NCBI GenBank assembly: GCA_000146045.2
Contig: BK006941.2
Coordinates: forward strand, 160,001 to 224,000
Length of the DNA stretch: 64,000 nucleotides
From: TPA_inf: Saccharomyces
Lineage: Eukaryota
Reading direction: 5' to 3'
The translations under genes were made by a program, and so were the position numbers. Position 1 is the first letter of the stretch. Every line of letters starts with the position of its first letter. Under the pieces are notes generated by a model. The model worked only from the letters and a program-made list of their open reading frames with translations, was not told where the DNA came from and made no database searches. Positions 33,707-45,520 of this stretch are shown piece after piece.

Positions 33707-36403
33707 TCAATGTGAAATATATTGAAATGCAAAACTGATATCATTGTAATGATGCTCGTTTTTTAGTAGATGATCATTTGTTTTTTCCAATGCGTCATGG
33801 TTCAAATGATTCCAAGTTGTCGCATCACCATATAACATTGCAGGGGCTCTCTTTAATTGTTTACCCTGAGCATTACAACGTTTACAATGGTATGTTTCGT
33901 GTGTTTCACATATCGTATTCTCATTTTTTTGAAACAACTGTCTTAAATTGTCAGAACTAAACAACCTTTCAACGTCTTCTTTCGCATCGACCACGCATGA
34001 ACTCAAACTCATTTTCATAGATTGTCTTTGAAAGATTTTTTCCTCTATGGTACCAGTCGATATGAATCTGTAAATGAAACAATCCTTTTTTTGACCGTCT
34101 CTCCAAACACGTGCCAAAGCTTGTTGATCAGCAGCAGGATTCCAATCCGGATCCATCAAAATTAATCGATTTGCACCAATCAAATTGATACCACACCCAC
34201 CTGCTTTAGAACTTAAGAGGAAGATGAACTCTTGGCCTTCAGGATCGTTGAACCTATCCACCAATTTTTGTCTTTTGTTAATTGACATTGTACCATCCAA
34301 CCGTACAGCACTGTAGTGCTTATATCTACACATTTTTTCAATGAGGTCCAAGGTTTGGGTATAGTTGGAGATCAAAACAATCTTATCATCGGATTCGGTC
34401 TTTATCTTATGGAGAAATCTTTCCAAAATGGAAAATTTAGCTGAATATTTTGTTTGTACGTCCCTGGCTTTTGAACCCGGCATATTATAATCGTCAGGTA
34501 GTTCCAAATCATCTTCATCGTCAAATTCATCTTCAAAATTCAAGAGATTAGGGTGATTACATAGCTTCTTTAAAATACCAATAGCCCTCAGGGGCTGAGA
34601 CCCACCAACACCTTTTACTACTTTTTTCACTTCTCTTGACTTAATTAATTTATTGTAGAGCTCGTTCTGCAACGGCTTCAAGTTTACGAAAATAACGTGC
34701 TCATACTTGCAAGGCAAATATTTGGCCAAAATATCGTTAGTACGACGGATAATAAATTTGGAGACAATGGTAGATAGCTTCTGTAATTGCGCCTCGCCCT
34801 TTGTGATTTCTTTATCAGTAGCATCAGCATCACGCCCTCGCAAAATTGGATTCTCAAAATTTTTCCTAAATTCTGCTCTGGAACCTAATAAGCCAGGATT
34901 CGAAAAACTCAGTAGAGCAAAATATTCGGAAAGATCGTTTTGAATGGGTGTACCAGATAATATAACTCTTCTAGGACAACTGATGCTATCCAAAGCTGTG
35001 AATGTTAAAGAGTCACCGTTTTTCAAACGGTGCCCTTCATCTGCCAGCATTAAACCCACATTGCAGTTTTTCAATTGATCAACATTTCGACGTAATGTTT
35101 CATACGATATGATTAAAACGGGCTTAACAATATTTCTTCCCTGTGCCTGAGCCCAGGCATGAATAGCTTGCGAAACTGTTGTATTACCACCACCCATTGA
35201 AGATTTTTTCCCATCAACCGCTAACGGAGTTAGAGTATTGGGACCCAACCATTTTATCAATTCATTAGCCCAGTTGTTGACTAAAGAAGATGGACAAACA
35301 ATGATACATTTGTCGATAAGTCTTTTACCCTGCGGGCCCTGTCTTAATAATGTCCACATAAGTGCTATACACTGCAATGTCTTACCCAGCCCCATTTCAT
35401 CGGCCATGATGCAGCCGTAGGCCCCTCTATTGTTTTGTTCAGTCTTTTGAGATTCAGTAAGTGCCTTCTCGTCGCTCTTTAAGGGATCTTCGCTTGAAGT
35501 GTTGAACGCCTCAGCTTCTAAGTAATCTTTCATGACAAGCCCTGTGACACAACGGTATAAGAATCTCACCCCTTCGACTTGATGGGGTCTTAAAATCTTG
35601 GCCAGTTTTGGATCAATAACCACAGGGACACTAGCAAATTTCTTCTTGTTTTCCGCAGAGTTTTCCGAATCACCGAGTAGCTCACGTAACGGTTTGTTTC
35701 TCACACCATTTGTCATCAAAGCTGGATGGCGTCCTATTCTTTGTGTGGGTCTTTCTTCCTGGCTATTCTTTTCCTTGTTAATATTATCCTTTTCCTGTGT
35801 GCTTTTGATCATTTTCTTTGATTCTTCTTCCTTGTTATCCATAGATGTGTCATGGACAATCATTTCACCGTCAACGGACGGGTCATAAAGCACTATGGCA
35901 AATTCGTCTGTAGGGTCATGTAGAGGTCGAGGTTCTGGAGTAATTTTTTTTTTCATTCCTAACGTTAATGGCAGACTGTGTCTTTGTACATATCCCTTGA
36001 TTGGCACAGTGAAAGATCTTCTCAAAGTGTACTGGATATGACTCAGTCTTGTCGGATCCTTGGCCAACCTTTGAGCACTAAGAGCATCCTTCCGTCGTTT
36101 AGTCAACTGAGAAAAACTTATGTCTTGGCTGTTGTACTCTGCTTCGTCCGCATTTATATCCAAGCCGGAATAACATACAGTCGCTGATCTTTTCCTCAAG
36201 CTCCTTCCTCCTACGATATTATCAGACCCGGTGGCGATTCTACCAGCAGCGGGCGGGATGTGCGTGTTCTTGTACGGGACCCTGAACGGTTTCGTTAGTC
36301 GGTTCACCGAGTCTTGTACGTTAATAGGCCTAGGTACCAGTCTCGGCCGTTCACCGGCTCCTATTCCATTTGGTGGTCTGTCTGGTAATCTGCGTCTTGC
36401 CAT
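33707..36403 (-). CDS. RAD54: Snf2/Swi2-family DNA translocase Rad54 (homologous recombination), 898 aa
   Basis: N-terminus MARRRLPDRPPNGIGAGERPRL. SNF2 ATPase motifs (ILADEMGLGKT, DEGHRLKN) and a helicase C domain. Confidence 0.95.
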   Translation of the reverse strand: MARRRLPDRPPNGIGAGERPRLVPRPINVQDSVNRLTKPFRVPYKNTHIPPAAGRIATGSDNIVGGRSLRKRSATVCYSGLDINADEAEYNSQDISFSQLTKRRKDALSAQRLAKDPTRLSHIQYTLRRSFTVPIKGYVQRHSLPLTLGMKKKITPEPRPLHDPTDEFAIVLYDPSVDGEMIVHDTSMDNKEEESKKMIKSTQEKDNINKEKNSQEERPTQRIGRHPALMTNGVRNKPLRELLGDSENSAENKKKFASVPVVIDPKLAKILRPHQVEGVRFLYRCVTGLVMKDYLEAEAFNTSSEDPLKSDEKALTESQKTEQNNRGAYGCIMADEMGLGKTLQCIALMWTLLRQGPQGKRLIDKCIIVCPSSLVNNWANELIKWLGPNTLTPLAVDGKKSSMGGGNTTVSQAIHAWAQAQGRNIVKPVLIISYETLRRNVDQLKNCNVGLMLADEGHRLKNGDSLTFTALDSISCPRRVILSGTPIQNDLSEYFALLSFSNPGLLGSRAEFRKNFENPILRGRDADATDKEITKGEAQLQKLSTIVSKFIIRRTNDILAKYLPCKYEHVIFVNLKPLQNELYNKLIKSREVKKVVKGVGGSQPLRAIGILKKLCNHPNLLNFEDEFDDEDDLELPDDYNMPGSKARDVQTKYSAKFSILERFLHKIKTESDDKIVLISNYTQTLDLIEKMCRYKHYSAVRLDGTMSINKRQKLVDRFNDPEGQEFIFLLSSKAGGCGINLIGANRLILMDPDWNPAADQQALARVWRDGQKKDCFIYRFISTGTIEEKIFQRQSMKMSLSSCVVDAKEDVERLFSSDNLRQLFQKNENTICETHETYHCKRCNAQGKQLKRAPAMLYGDATTWNHLNHDALEKTNDHLLKNEHHYNDISFAFQYISH

Positions 36404-36632
36404 CAGTTATAAGGAAATATATATGGTACCTTGAAATAGAGCTAAGTTCTGAGCGTTTGATTTTTCTATACTTTCGTAGCAGCTTTAGTGAAGAAAGAGA
36501 AAAGTTGCTGCTCTAGATTTTGTATCGGCTATTACGTCAAGTGAGAAGAGTTTTGGCCTTCGCTTCAGTTAGATCTTCTATTATTTCCTTTTTTTTCTTT
36601 TTGTTTGTAATTGTTTTTTATTTTTTTTTTTG

Positions 36633-36662
36633 CGCGAAACTTTGCTATATTGGGTAACGCGT
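36633..36662 (+). promoter_or_regulatory. MluI cell-cycle box ACGCGT (36657-36662) and a CGCGAAA element (36633-36639), 230-260 bp upstream of RAD54
   Basis: Exact ACGCGT plus a nearby MBF/SBF-like CGCGAAA. RAD54 is a G1/S and damage-regulated gene. Confidence 0.5.
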
Positions 36663-38137
36663 AAAATACTTTTTATTATTGCAGTAAGGCGGAAGGGTCT
36701 TCCCCTTTGCATGTTAAATAGCATACATGGCACCACTCAGGTCCAGAACGTGACACATCTTTGCACCACTTGTGTATTTTCAAGATGTTAAATTTTTGAT
36801 ACATAAGCTTTATCATGCAGGTGCAGTAGACGCATTTGCGTACGCGTTGAGTAGTAATGCAAGAACGCAACAATTTCACGCTTTCTACTTAAGAGGACAG
36901 ATCTTCGAGCAGAATATTTTTCTCCTAGCGCGGCTTTCAGAATCTTCTTACCATCTGCAGGACATCACATGCAAGCACATGAAGCTGGAACCACGCACCA
37001 TTAAATGTAAACCTACAGACATAGCTAGCACAGAAATGCTACTTTGGAAACCTCGGTTGCATCGGCTGACCTCGGCTGTTCAGCAACGTGAGCTGGTTGT
37101 TGTTATTGTTCATAGAATCCTGTATTTTACCAGTGTAGCTTTGTCCGCCCACCCCACGCTTTTGGCCACTAGTATGTACGTATATGCGTGGGCTCTATAT
37201 CATTGAAAACGAATTTTCCACGCAAAACCCACTTCACACCATAAAGGCCTTATGACGATGTACATTCTTCCCCTCCCCCCTCCTCCCGAAGGAACCCTTA
37301 TAGTGATCCTAATACGGTATAACGTAAACCGGAGTTGTCAGCAGAGAGAAGCGAATAATATGTTTTGCGTGGGGTTCCCACGAGCGGCAGGAACCGTAGC
37401 GCATTGAAAAATGAATCATCGATCATCTTTGGGTTTCAAGGGTTCGGACTTCGCCAAAGGTCCGAATACTTCCACCAGTATTTCTCTTTTTCCCTTTCCA
37501 GTCTCGTTCTTCGCCGAATCCCCGCTTTCCCATCATGATCGTTTCTCTGTTTCTCTCTTTCCGGAACAGGCTCTTTTCTGACCGCCAGTTCGTGCGGTTA
37601 GTTCTGTGGATCTTGCAGGCACTTGCCGGTTTAGCCACACTTCTCCGCTGTTTGTGTCGAATTTCCCTCGAGTATGAGAAAGACTGGACCACAAAAGAGG
37701 GAAAAAAAATGGGCCGATTTTAAACCATTATAGGTCACAGAAAAACTTTCTTACGACGGTGGTTTTTCAACAATACGTTTCTTGAGCAGGAGAGGAGCTT
37801 TGTTCTTTTGCCTTAGTTTTTTTTGTCTTTTTTTGTGAGCCATCCTGCTGTCGTTGCCATACATGACAGATCCACATTTGCCTTGTTGTTTTTAGTTTTT
37901 GTTCCTTGCACCATATAAAAGCGTCACTTGTATTTTCCTTACTCATCTAAACTTCAAGCTTTTTCGTCATAGTAGGTTTGTGATCTCGGCAAAGAAAAAA
38001 AATTTTTTTGCCGATCTTTCTGGTTATTGTTTCAGGTATCTTTATGAAAGTATTAGTGTACGCACTGGATTTTTGGTAGGTCTATAAAAGTGCAACACAT
38101 AATCTAAATCATTGAGGTCATCGTATGTCAAAAGAAG

Positions 38138-39037
38138 ATGTCCACAAGCATTACAGTAAGAAATAGAGATCGATCGCTACCACCGCTATTGCTCCCCAAT
38201 GTTTCCCTGCTAGAAAAAGATATACGGCGTAAAGGCACCCAAAATGTGGGCATCACCGATCCAGAACTCTTGTCGACCACTTGGACGAGGAAGCGGGCTT
38301 TTCCGACTGACGAGCTTTTAGGAGGCTATAAGAGATTAAAGCCTGCTGCCGCTGACAGTAATGAGTGCGCTATTGGTATTGCCACGGTGACGCCGCCGCC
38401 AACGCTCCCCGTAAGTGCGATTGTTCCCCCTCCACAAAATTACACTCCACCATTGTTTGAGTATCATCCTCATGCTCTTGCTTCCATGGTCAATGAAGAC
38501 GCTAATGCGTCATGCACTCAAATGTCTATAATTTCGCGCTCAACGAGCAACTCGACAACCTCCTCTGCCACATCTACTAGTTCAATTTCCAAGAGACAAA
38601 GAAGTGGCCCAAGTTGTGACAAATGTCGTTTGAAAAAAATAAAATGTAATGCGAAAATTGAGATTTTGCTTCAAGACGATACTATAATGCCAATGATCTC
38701 GAACAAGTTGCGGTACGTCTTGACTCCTGACGATATTCGGCTATATCGAGGCACGCTGTTGCGGAATATTGCCATACCGGATGATGTCATTGAGGGTACA
38801 GGCTCACGCAAGTTGATTAAGCATATTGATAAGTTGGTTTTGCTCACACCTTGTTTACCATGCATTAAGAAAAAGCATTCTTCTTCTTCCACTAATTTCC
38901 CAAAAAATGATAAATGTACTTTTTCAAAAGGCTTTACCAGAGCTGACATAAACATTTCATCCAAAATCTCCTTAAAATTTAAGGATAAAACCATTTACGA
39001 CATAACCTATGATGACTATAAAAGCATTGATTTTTAG
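38138..39037 (+). CDS. SUT1: Zn(II)2Cys6 transcription factor Sut1 (sterol uptake, hypoxic gene regulation), 299 aa
   Basis: Zinc cluster [12 protein letters not shown] with a Ser/Thr-rich region, in the YGL162W position. Confidence 0.9.
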
Positions 39038-39209
39038 ACAAAGGCATCTCTAATGAATAGCATCACAAAACTTGCATTTAGCATTAACATATATGGATAT
39101 ATATGTACACACAGAAAACGTATAAACACTCATGTATAACCCTACATAATAAGAGTATACAATGATACTAGTCATAAAAAGTATTGTGTGTATAGACGTG
39201 CGCATATTT

Positions 39210-40142
39210 TCAAAATATTATAAACCTGAACAATAGACAGAATAAAGTATGCAGCGCAACGACAACGATGATGGACAGCGAAAATTTCCCGTTCGATTGT
39301 GTCTCCGTATTATTATTACTCGATATTTGAGAATTCAAGAAATAAGACGACTGTGCCCACCCAAGAGCCACAATTGCCCATTGAATTGCTTGAACAGTCC
39401 TCAGGCGCTTGGACATATCCAATATATTCAATATAACACAAACGGGTATCCAGATCAAGTTAGCGTACCCGTAAACGGAAATCAATTCAGGAACACTTTT
39501 GAAGCTTCTATTGCGCTCCGAGTGCTCATCTCTATTCAATACTTGCATGGTAATAAATGGTACGCCGAACGTGTACCCGTAAAATAGCCAAATAGAATGC
39601 AGTAGCTTCTTAAACTGACTGGCCCTGTCGATGTCCTCACCAGTCTTGACGCCCTCAATTACGTCACTGATAATAAAATTTAACCCCCTACTCATGGTAA
39701 AATTGATCATTACCACCGTGGCAGTGATCCATACAGCACCGTATAAATCAGTGTTATCTTCGTTACTTTCGGAATTATGATCGTTTCTAAACGTCAGTAC
39801 CGCGGACAATCTCTTTTTGAACTGCGTCAAATCGATCTGGAAGTATTTAGAATAGTAGTTTATCAATCCTGGCCTCAATCCATTACGCCCAAGACCGTCG
39901 TTGTCATTCTGTCCTATCACTTGGTCGTACGCTGGTGGGTCCATTTGACCCTGTAATGGTGCGGATTCTGCCTTACTGCCCGTTGTGTTATAAAATTCGC
40001 TACCCTTTCCAGCAGTCGAGTTATTCATGTTTGGGCTATCAGGTACGGTGGCATCATCAAATGGGTTGGGCTCGTTGCCAAAATCATCTACACCCTCGAG
40101 ATCATCGTCAATATCTAAAAAACTGCTATTATTGGACGGCAT
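39210..40142 (-). CDS. YIP5: Yip1-family Golgi membrane protein Yip5, 310 aa
   Basis: Pro- and acidic-rich N-terminus followed by a multi-pass Yip1-like membrane domain. It is divergent to AIM14. Confidence 0.85.
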   Translation of the reverse strand: MPSNNSSFLDIDDDLEGVDDFGNEPNPFDDATVPDSPNMNNSTAGKGSEFYNTTGSKAESAPLQGQMDPPAYDQVIGQNDNDGLGRNGLRPGLINYYSKYFQIDLTQFKKRLSAVLTFRNDHNSESNEDNTDLYGAVWITATVVMINFTMSRGLNFIISDVIEGVKTGEDIDRASQFKKLLHSIWLFYGYTFGVPFITMQVLNRDEHSERNRSFKSVPELISVYGYANLIWIPVCVILNILDMSKRLRTVQAIQWAIVALGWAQSSYFLNSQISSNNNTETQSNGKFSLSIIVVVALHTLFCLLFRFIIF

Positions 40143-40321
40143 TTTTCTGCTTTTGTCGAGTCAATCCTATTTGCTAGTATACAATCGTGGATGAAGCGTA
40201 AAAAAGAACTACAGAACCAATGCGTTTGGATCCAATGTGGTCGCTGCCCTTGGCCCCTTTTACCTTGAGCGTAGGACGTTGATACATTTTCACTGCTTGA
40301 GAAATTAGGTATAATACACAG

Positions 40322-40329
40322 CCGGGTAA
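40322..40329 (+). promoter_or_regulatory. Reb1 site CCGGGTAA in the divergent YIP5/AIM14 promoter
   Basis: Exact reverse complement of TTACCCGG. Confidence 0.45.
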
Positions 40330-40560
40330 ATAGCGTTTAATTGATCGCTGCTCCGTAATACCGATATACTGTTACGTTATGTATTGAAAATACAGTTTAA
40401 CTATTATTTGTAGGGATACTACTATGGGGTCTCAACCGCACTTAAAGGCGCTAAAATATTTTGACTTTTCCTTCCTTATATTGTAGACGTGTTATTTAAA
40501 AACTACATTTTCCATATCTCGTCGCCAGAAACTTCTAATTTGGTAAGCCTTCCAATAAAT

Positions 40561-42273
40561 ATGAAAGAATCCCCTCTCATAACGTTGGTTAAAAGACATT
40601 CCGAGACACATTTTGCCAATATCAAGTATGGGTATTATGTGTTGATAATATCATTGGTCTATCTCATTGGATTGGCTCTTTTGAGAGCTTTCGGAAGGAG
40701 AACCCCATCCAGATCGTCGTCAGCTTTCAAAAATAAGATAATTTATCGGTTGTATGATATAGATCCTGCAATTCACTTAGGTATATTGTTTTTTGCAGTC
40801 TTGATTCCATTTTATTACCATTACTCTTTGACTACCCAATCTACGGTCTATCTCAAAAGATTAGGGAGGTTGAGTTACGCCTTGATCCCGCTGAACCTAT
40901 TCCTCACTTTAAGGCCTAATTGGTTCCTTAGGAAAAATTGCACCTACACTGATTTTATACCGTTCCATAAATGGTTTTCACGTATTATCACCGTGATTGG
41001 TTTGCTTCATGGGATTTTCTTCATCATTAAGTGGGCGATAGACGATAATGTCTCTCTAAAGCAAAAATTGATTCTGAAAACTTTCAATTTTGCGGGATTC
41101 ATAATATCAATATTGGTACTTTTTTTACTTATTTGCTCGATTGGGCCAATGAGAAGATACAACTATCGTTTGTTTTACATCGTACATAACCTGGTGAACG
41201 TGGCCTTCATCTTACTCACCCCAATACACTCTAGGCCAGGTGTTAAGTTCCCATTTCTTCTACTAAACTGTACCCTATTATTCATTCATATTATCAATAG
41301 AATAGTATTTGCGAAATCCTTGATGATTTTGAATAAGAATGCGAATTATTCAAAAACAAATTTAGTCCATGTAAGATTGCCCAGGGCTATTCTTCCAGAT
41401 TATTTTGAACCAGGGTCGCATATTAGAATAAGCCCTTACAGAAGAATTAATCCCCTCTATTGGTTGCTACCATCGCATCCATACACAATTGCGTCTTTGG
41501 CAGAAGACAATTCAATTGATCTTATTATAAAGGAAACCTCTACAGCCGAGCCAGGTAGCCAGATAGAGTCTCTTCGTAGTAATCCAAAATCCTTTCATTT
41601 AGATCAAGAAAAAACCTATACTTTGATTAATAGTTATCCTCCCTCTGTACCCGAAGAATGTTATTCTCAAGGCACGAATATAGCTATTATATGTGGTGGG
41701 TCTGGTATATCTTTTGCCCTACCACTATTTAGGCATTTTTTTAACAAGGAGAATGTAAAATACTTGAAAATGATCTGGCTGATAAAAGATTACTCTGAAT
41801 ATGAACTTGTTTTGGATTATCTCAAGACAAATGGGTTGACTTTTGAGAAAAAACTCTCGAATAATAAGAGGATTTCAGTATTTATTAGTGGAGAATACAC
41901 GGCGGAAACACGGTTAGACGAAATTACGACCAATATCGACGATGAAAACTCAGAATATGAAATGGGATCTTTCAACAATGAAGACGAAGACCTTTCGATT
42001 TCTAATTTCAATTCAGAAAATGCGGACAGCAATGACAATACGCCAGAGACAAGTCATAGCCCCACAAAAGAGAATGGAAGCATGATCGAGGTAAAATCCA
42101 AACACAGTTTTACTCTTTCCAACGAATTGAAGAGCTTCAACAATGAAAGTGCACAAGTGAACCAAAATGAAACATGGTTGTTTTCATGTGGTCCTCCCTC
42201 GTTATTACAATTGTCTAAAAAATATTGTAACGATGAAAGGATCAACTTTGTCTGTGAGACTTACGGATTATGA
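40561..42273 (+). CDS. AIM14: Ferric-reductase/NADPH-oxidase-like membrane protein Aim14, 570 aa from the first ATG (MKESPLITLVKRH...)
   Basis: FRE-type transmembrane domain with heme-ligand His pairs, plus a C-terminal FAD/NAD-binding region (HPYTIAS, GGSGISFALP). The track start at 40489 is a GTG codon. Confidence 0.88.
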   Translation: MKESPLITLVKRHSETHFANIKYGYYVLIISLVYLIGLALLRAFGRRTPSRSSSAFKNKIIYRLYDIDPAIHLGILFFAVLIPFYYHYSLTTQSTVYLKRLGRLSYALIPLNLFLTLRPNWFLRKNCTYTDFIPFHKWFSRIITVIGLLHGIFFIIKWAIDDNVSLKQKLILKTFNFAGFIISILVLFLLICSIGPMRRYNYRLFYIVHNLVNVAFILLTPIHSRPGVKFPFLLLNCTLLFIHIINRIVFAKSLMILNKNANYSKTNLVHVRLPRAILPDYFEPGSHIRISPYRRINPLYWLLPSHPYTIASLAEDNSIDLIIKETSTAEPGSQIESLRSNPKSFHLDQEKTYTLINSYPPSVPEECYSQGTNIAIICGGSGISFALPLFRHFFNKENVKYLKMIWLIKDYSEYELVLDYLKTNGLTFEKKLSNNKRISVFISGEYTAETRLDEITTNIDDENSEYEMGSFNNEDEDLSISNFNSENADSNDNTPETSHSPTKENGSMIEVKSKHSFTLSNELKSFNNESAQVNQNETWLFSCGPPSLLQLSKKYCNDERINFVCETYGL

Positions 42274-42720
42274 GGGGAAAAGAAAAGAATAATAATGTCT
42301 TACGCAATATGCTCGGAAATGATATTCCACGACATTAGATGCTAATTTATAGTATATAGAAAACAAAAAATACATATCTGTTTTTTAATGACCTTTAGTT
42401 TATATGCTTTCTTGCGCGGCTATTAGAATACACTTGACAGGTTGTACGCATTATTAATCGGTAAATGGAGATATATTAGAGATGATCGTTTTAAAATGGA
42501 GGCTGTCTGCAAAAAAATTGGGAGCTACATTAGCAAAAAGCTTCTTTTCTTGTTGTTCTCGGTTTATATTTCAAGAGGGCAGTAGGAAAAAGGATCGAAA
42601 AGCTCGGCCTGTGGCCATGTCCTCTAAAAATCAAATATAATTTACTGGCCAACGTTATCGGCTCTTTTTGATATCTATCATCTCTTTAGCTATTGTTATC
42701 TGGCAACTGATTCAACTGAT

Positions 42721-43833
42721 ATGAACAATTCCATAATTACTGATGATGAGGTTAGAGAGTTTTACTTAAACTGCTCTTCTCAAACAATTATTGAATCTCT
42801 TCTCAGCTTGCACGAGTCATTGAGATTATATTCTCAAAACCATGAGATACTGCTCAATAGGATGTTCAAAAAATTGGATGAAACCAATGCAGACTCTAAC
42901 ATATCCCATATATTCATGCCTGTTGTGAGCAAGGATTTTTCAGGAATAAAAATTCTTGTGAATAACAACAACAAAAATTTTCAAGGTGTGATAAATGTTA
43001 TTGAGCCTGAAACAGGAAAATTAATCGGATGTTTTGAGGCTAAACAAATTACCGCTATAAGAACTGCCCTTGCATCGTGTATCGGTTTATATAAGCAACT
43101 CTCATGTTCCCATGATAAGTTGTTTAGATTTGAAAATGGCACTTGCTATTTAACATGTTTTGGTACCGGTCTCCAAGCATTTTGGCACATATACATAGCT
43201 ATTAAACTAATCATGTCAGGGATTGTTGGCGAATCTTTGAAGTTAGTTGAAATAAACATACTATATCACAATAACATGATGAGTTTGGATCGTTTGAAAT
43301 CATTGAAAAACTTATTTGGAAGTAATATAAAGATAGAGCTTAATCAGTATCAAATAAACGACATCAGTTCAGAAGGTAATGGCGCTGTTTCTAACAGTGA
43401 TATTATCTTTGGTTGTCTACCTACTCTAGAGCCCAACTTGTTTTTGAGGCAGTTGCTAAACAGTAAAGCTTCTGTGGAGCAGAAACATACTTATATCTCA
43501 TTAATTGGAAGTTACAAACCAGTGATGCACGAATGCGATAAGGAGTTGATTGATAAGTTCAAATCTGATAATGAAAGCGCTTGCATTTTGGTAGATTCAA
43601 GGGAACATACTTTATTGGAATCTGGAGAATTAATCGATTCCAATATCGCTCCACATAATCTCATCGAAATTGGTGAATTAGATACTTTGAAAAACACAGT
43701 TTTGAATTTGAACGAAAAGGGCTGCAAAAGAACTATCACCTTGTGTAAAATTGTTGGTCTAGCGGTTATGGACGTGGCGCTTGCTAAGGAATTCTTAAGC
43801 TTGAGAACAAAAAACACAGAAAACAAGGAATAA
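42721..43833 (+). CDS. YGL159W: Uncharacterised protein, ornithine-cyclodeaminase/mu-crystallin-like, 370 aa (the YGL159W position)
   Basis: Full ORF starting with a true ATG. Weak Rossmann-like OCD/mu-crystallin similarity (LTCFGTGLQAFWH). Confidence 0.8.
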   Translation: MNNSIITDDEVREFYLNCSSQTIIESLLSLHESLRLYSQNHEILLNRMFKKLDETNADSNISHIFMPVVSKDFSGIKILVNNNNKNFQGVINVIEPETGKLIGCFEAKQITAIRTALASCIGLYKQLSCSHDKLFRFENGTCYLTCFGTGLQAFWHIYIAIKLIMSGIVGESLKLVEINILYHNNMMSLDRLKSLKNLFGSNIKIELNQYQINDISSEGNGAVSNSDIIFGCLPTLEPNLFLRQLLNSKASVEQKHTYISLIGSYKPVMHECDKELIDKFKSDNESACILVDSREHTLLESGELIDSNIAPHNLIEIGELDTLKNTVLNLNEKGCKRTITLCKIVGLAVMDVALAKEFLSLRTKNTENKE

Positions 43834-45520
43834 ATTGCATCTTGGCTTCTAGTTTTTTTATATTCAAAAGGGTTCTTAAGTGTTTTTAAATATGATACTT
43901 TTTTTAATATCTTACGATCCGGAAGAGATTTTTGATGTTTACATATGAGCAGTTTGATAGAAATTTTGCAATTTTTTATATTTATTAAAAGAATAAAAGT
44001 AAAGTGCAGAAAGAAAACAACATCATAAAATATGAAAGAAAAAAAAAGGCAATGTTAGTGTTATGAAGGGAGAAACAATTACCGTATACTGTTTGCAGGT
44101 GTCTATCCTCCACGGTATAGCACGTTAGGACCATTTATTCGCGCTACGGATATAGAGTTTAAAATGACTTAATTACATGAATAATACCATAATTCTTATA
44201 ACCGTCATCAATCTAACGAAAGCTAGGAGCAATTTTCAACATGTATTTCAAGAAATTAGCAATAGAAAAAGAATTGAACAGATATGAAGATTTTTGCCAT
44301 ATTTTAAAGAGAGGCTGGTGACTTTTCTCTGTCGATCTGTGCATAGCCAATATTAAAGTTATTTTTCATTAACGCGCATATGGAAAATAGACAAATGTCA
44401 TAGGGTTATAGTTCTTAGATTTACTATTCTCTATTTGATGTCGGCGAAACAATGTTCCTGTTTTTTAACCATATTTATGTTCCACCTCGATAGCCGCTGA
44501 TTATTAAAAAGATGTAGGCTTGTATGGAAATTTTCGAGACTCCATTTTTGGACGAAAGCAATGAAAATTATATACAGAATATTCCAGAAGATCACCTCAA
44601 AAATCCAAAAATATGATCAGTGATTTAACAAGAAAACCGAAGATTTCTATTGTTCCTTCGAAATTTTTTCAGTTTTATGTTCAATCTCTATGTTTTTCTT
44701 AAAATGATAAAAGGTCGTCCAGCTTGGTGAAGCTTACATTTAAATTAAATAAATTGGTGTGACTGAATAGAATAGCGTCCTTAATAACTAGAGATTACAT
44801 TGTAGATGAATAACAACTAATTAATTCAAAAAAAGTAATCGTTAACTATTTCCGGAAGAAACAAAGGCTCATTATCAAATTTGATGATCACAACCAATGT
44901 GTATTTAAATAAAGGCCAATATCTCACGGTCTGTTGAATCTAAACTAACTATTGAAATATTCATTTGTTCAGAAAAAAAGATCATTAATATTACATGTAC
45001 TGATATGCTAACAATCCAAAAATGCTTATACTACATATTGTTGTACACCATGGGTACCGTTAAATGACAGTGTAAACAATTGCAGAAGGAAATGTTACAC
45101 TAGCGGTTAAACAATACTGAATTAAAGATTTTTTAGTTGAATATGATATGACAGTTATATACGTGAGCAATATAAGTCCCCACATTGAGTGTATGATAAC
45201 TACCGGAATTACTATCATATTGTTCGTAAGCAATAATAAATCAATTAGTGTGGGTGTTTTATACCTCTCTCATATGAGTATATAAAGATCCTTATTTAAT
45301 TTTGATTATACTATCTTCTAGCCTTCAATTATCGACATCGCTCACTTGAGCAGTTCATCTAAGAAAAAAAGAACTATAGCTAAATAACCCAGTATTATTT
45401 GTTTCGCTGTAGGTTGTTGCACAAGGGTTTCTTCTGTGAACATTTTGAATTGTACGCTTAAGATGATAATACCTAACTGATTCCAACCTATATTAGTAGA
45501 ACCGAAACATACAAATAAGT

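Noticed and set aside
36772-37206. A 144-aa ORF in the RAD54-SUT1 intergenic region as a real gene
   Set aside because: It has no domain, no obvious codon-usage signal and no homologue that I recognise. I report it only as something to test with Ribo-seq or conservation, not as a CDS feature.
45040-45420. Solo Ty LTR upstream of tRNA-Leu(CAA)
   Set aside because: A TGTTG start is present, but there is no matching CAACA terminus within LTR distance, and I cannot match the internal sequence to the delta or sigma sequences I know. At best it is a degenerate relic. I therefore report it only as a hypothesis to BLAST, not as a feature.
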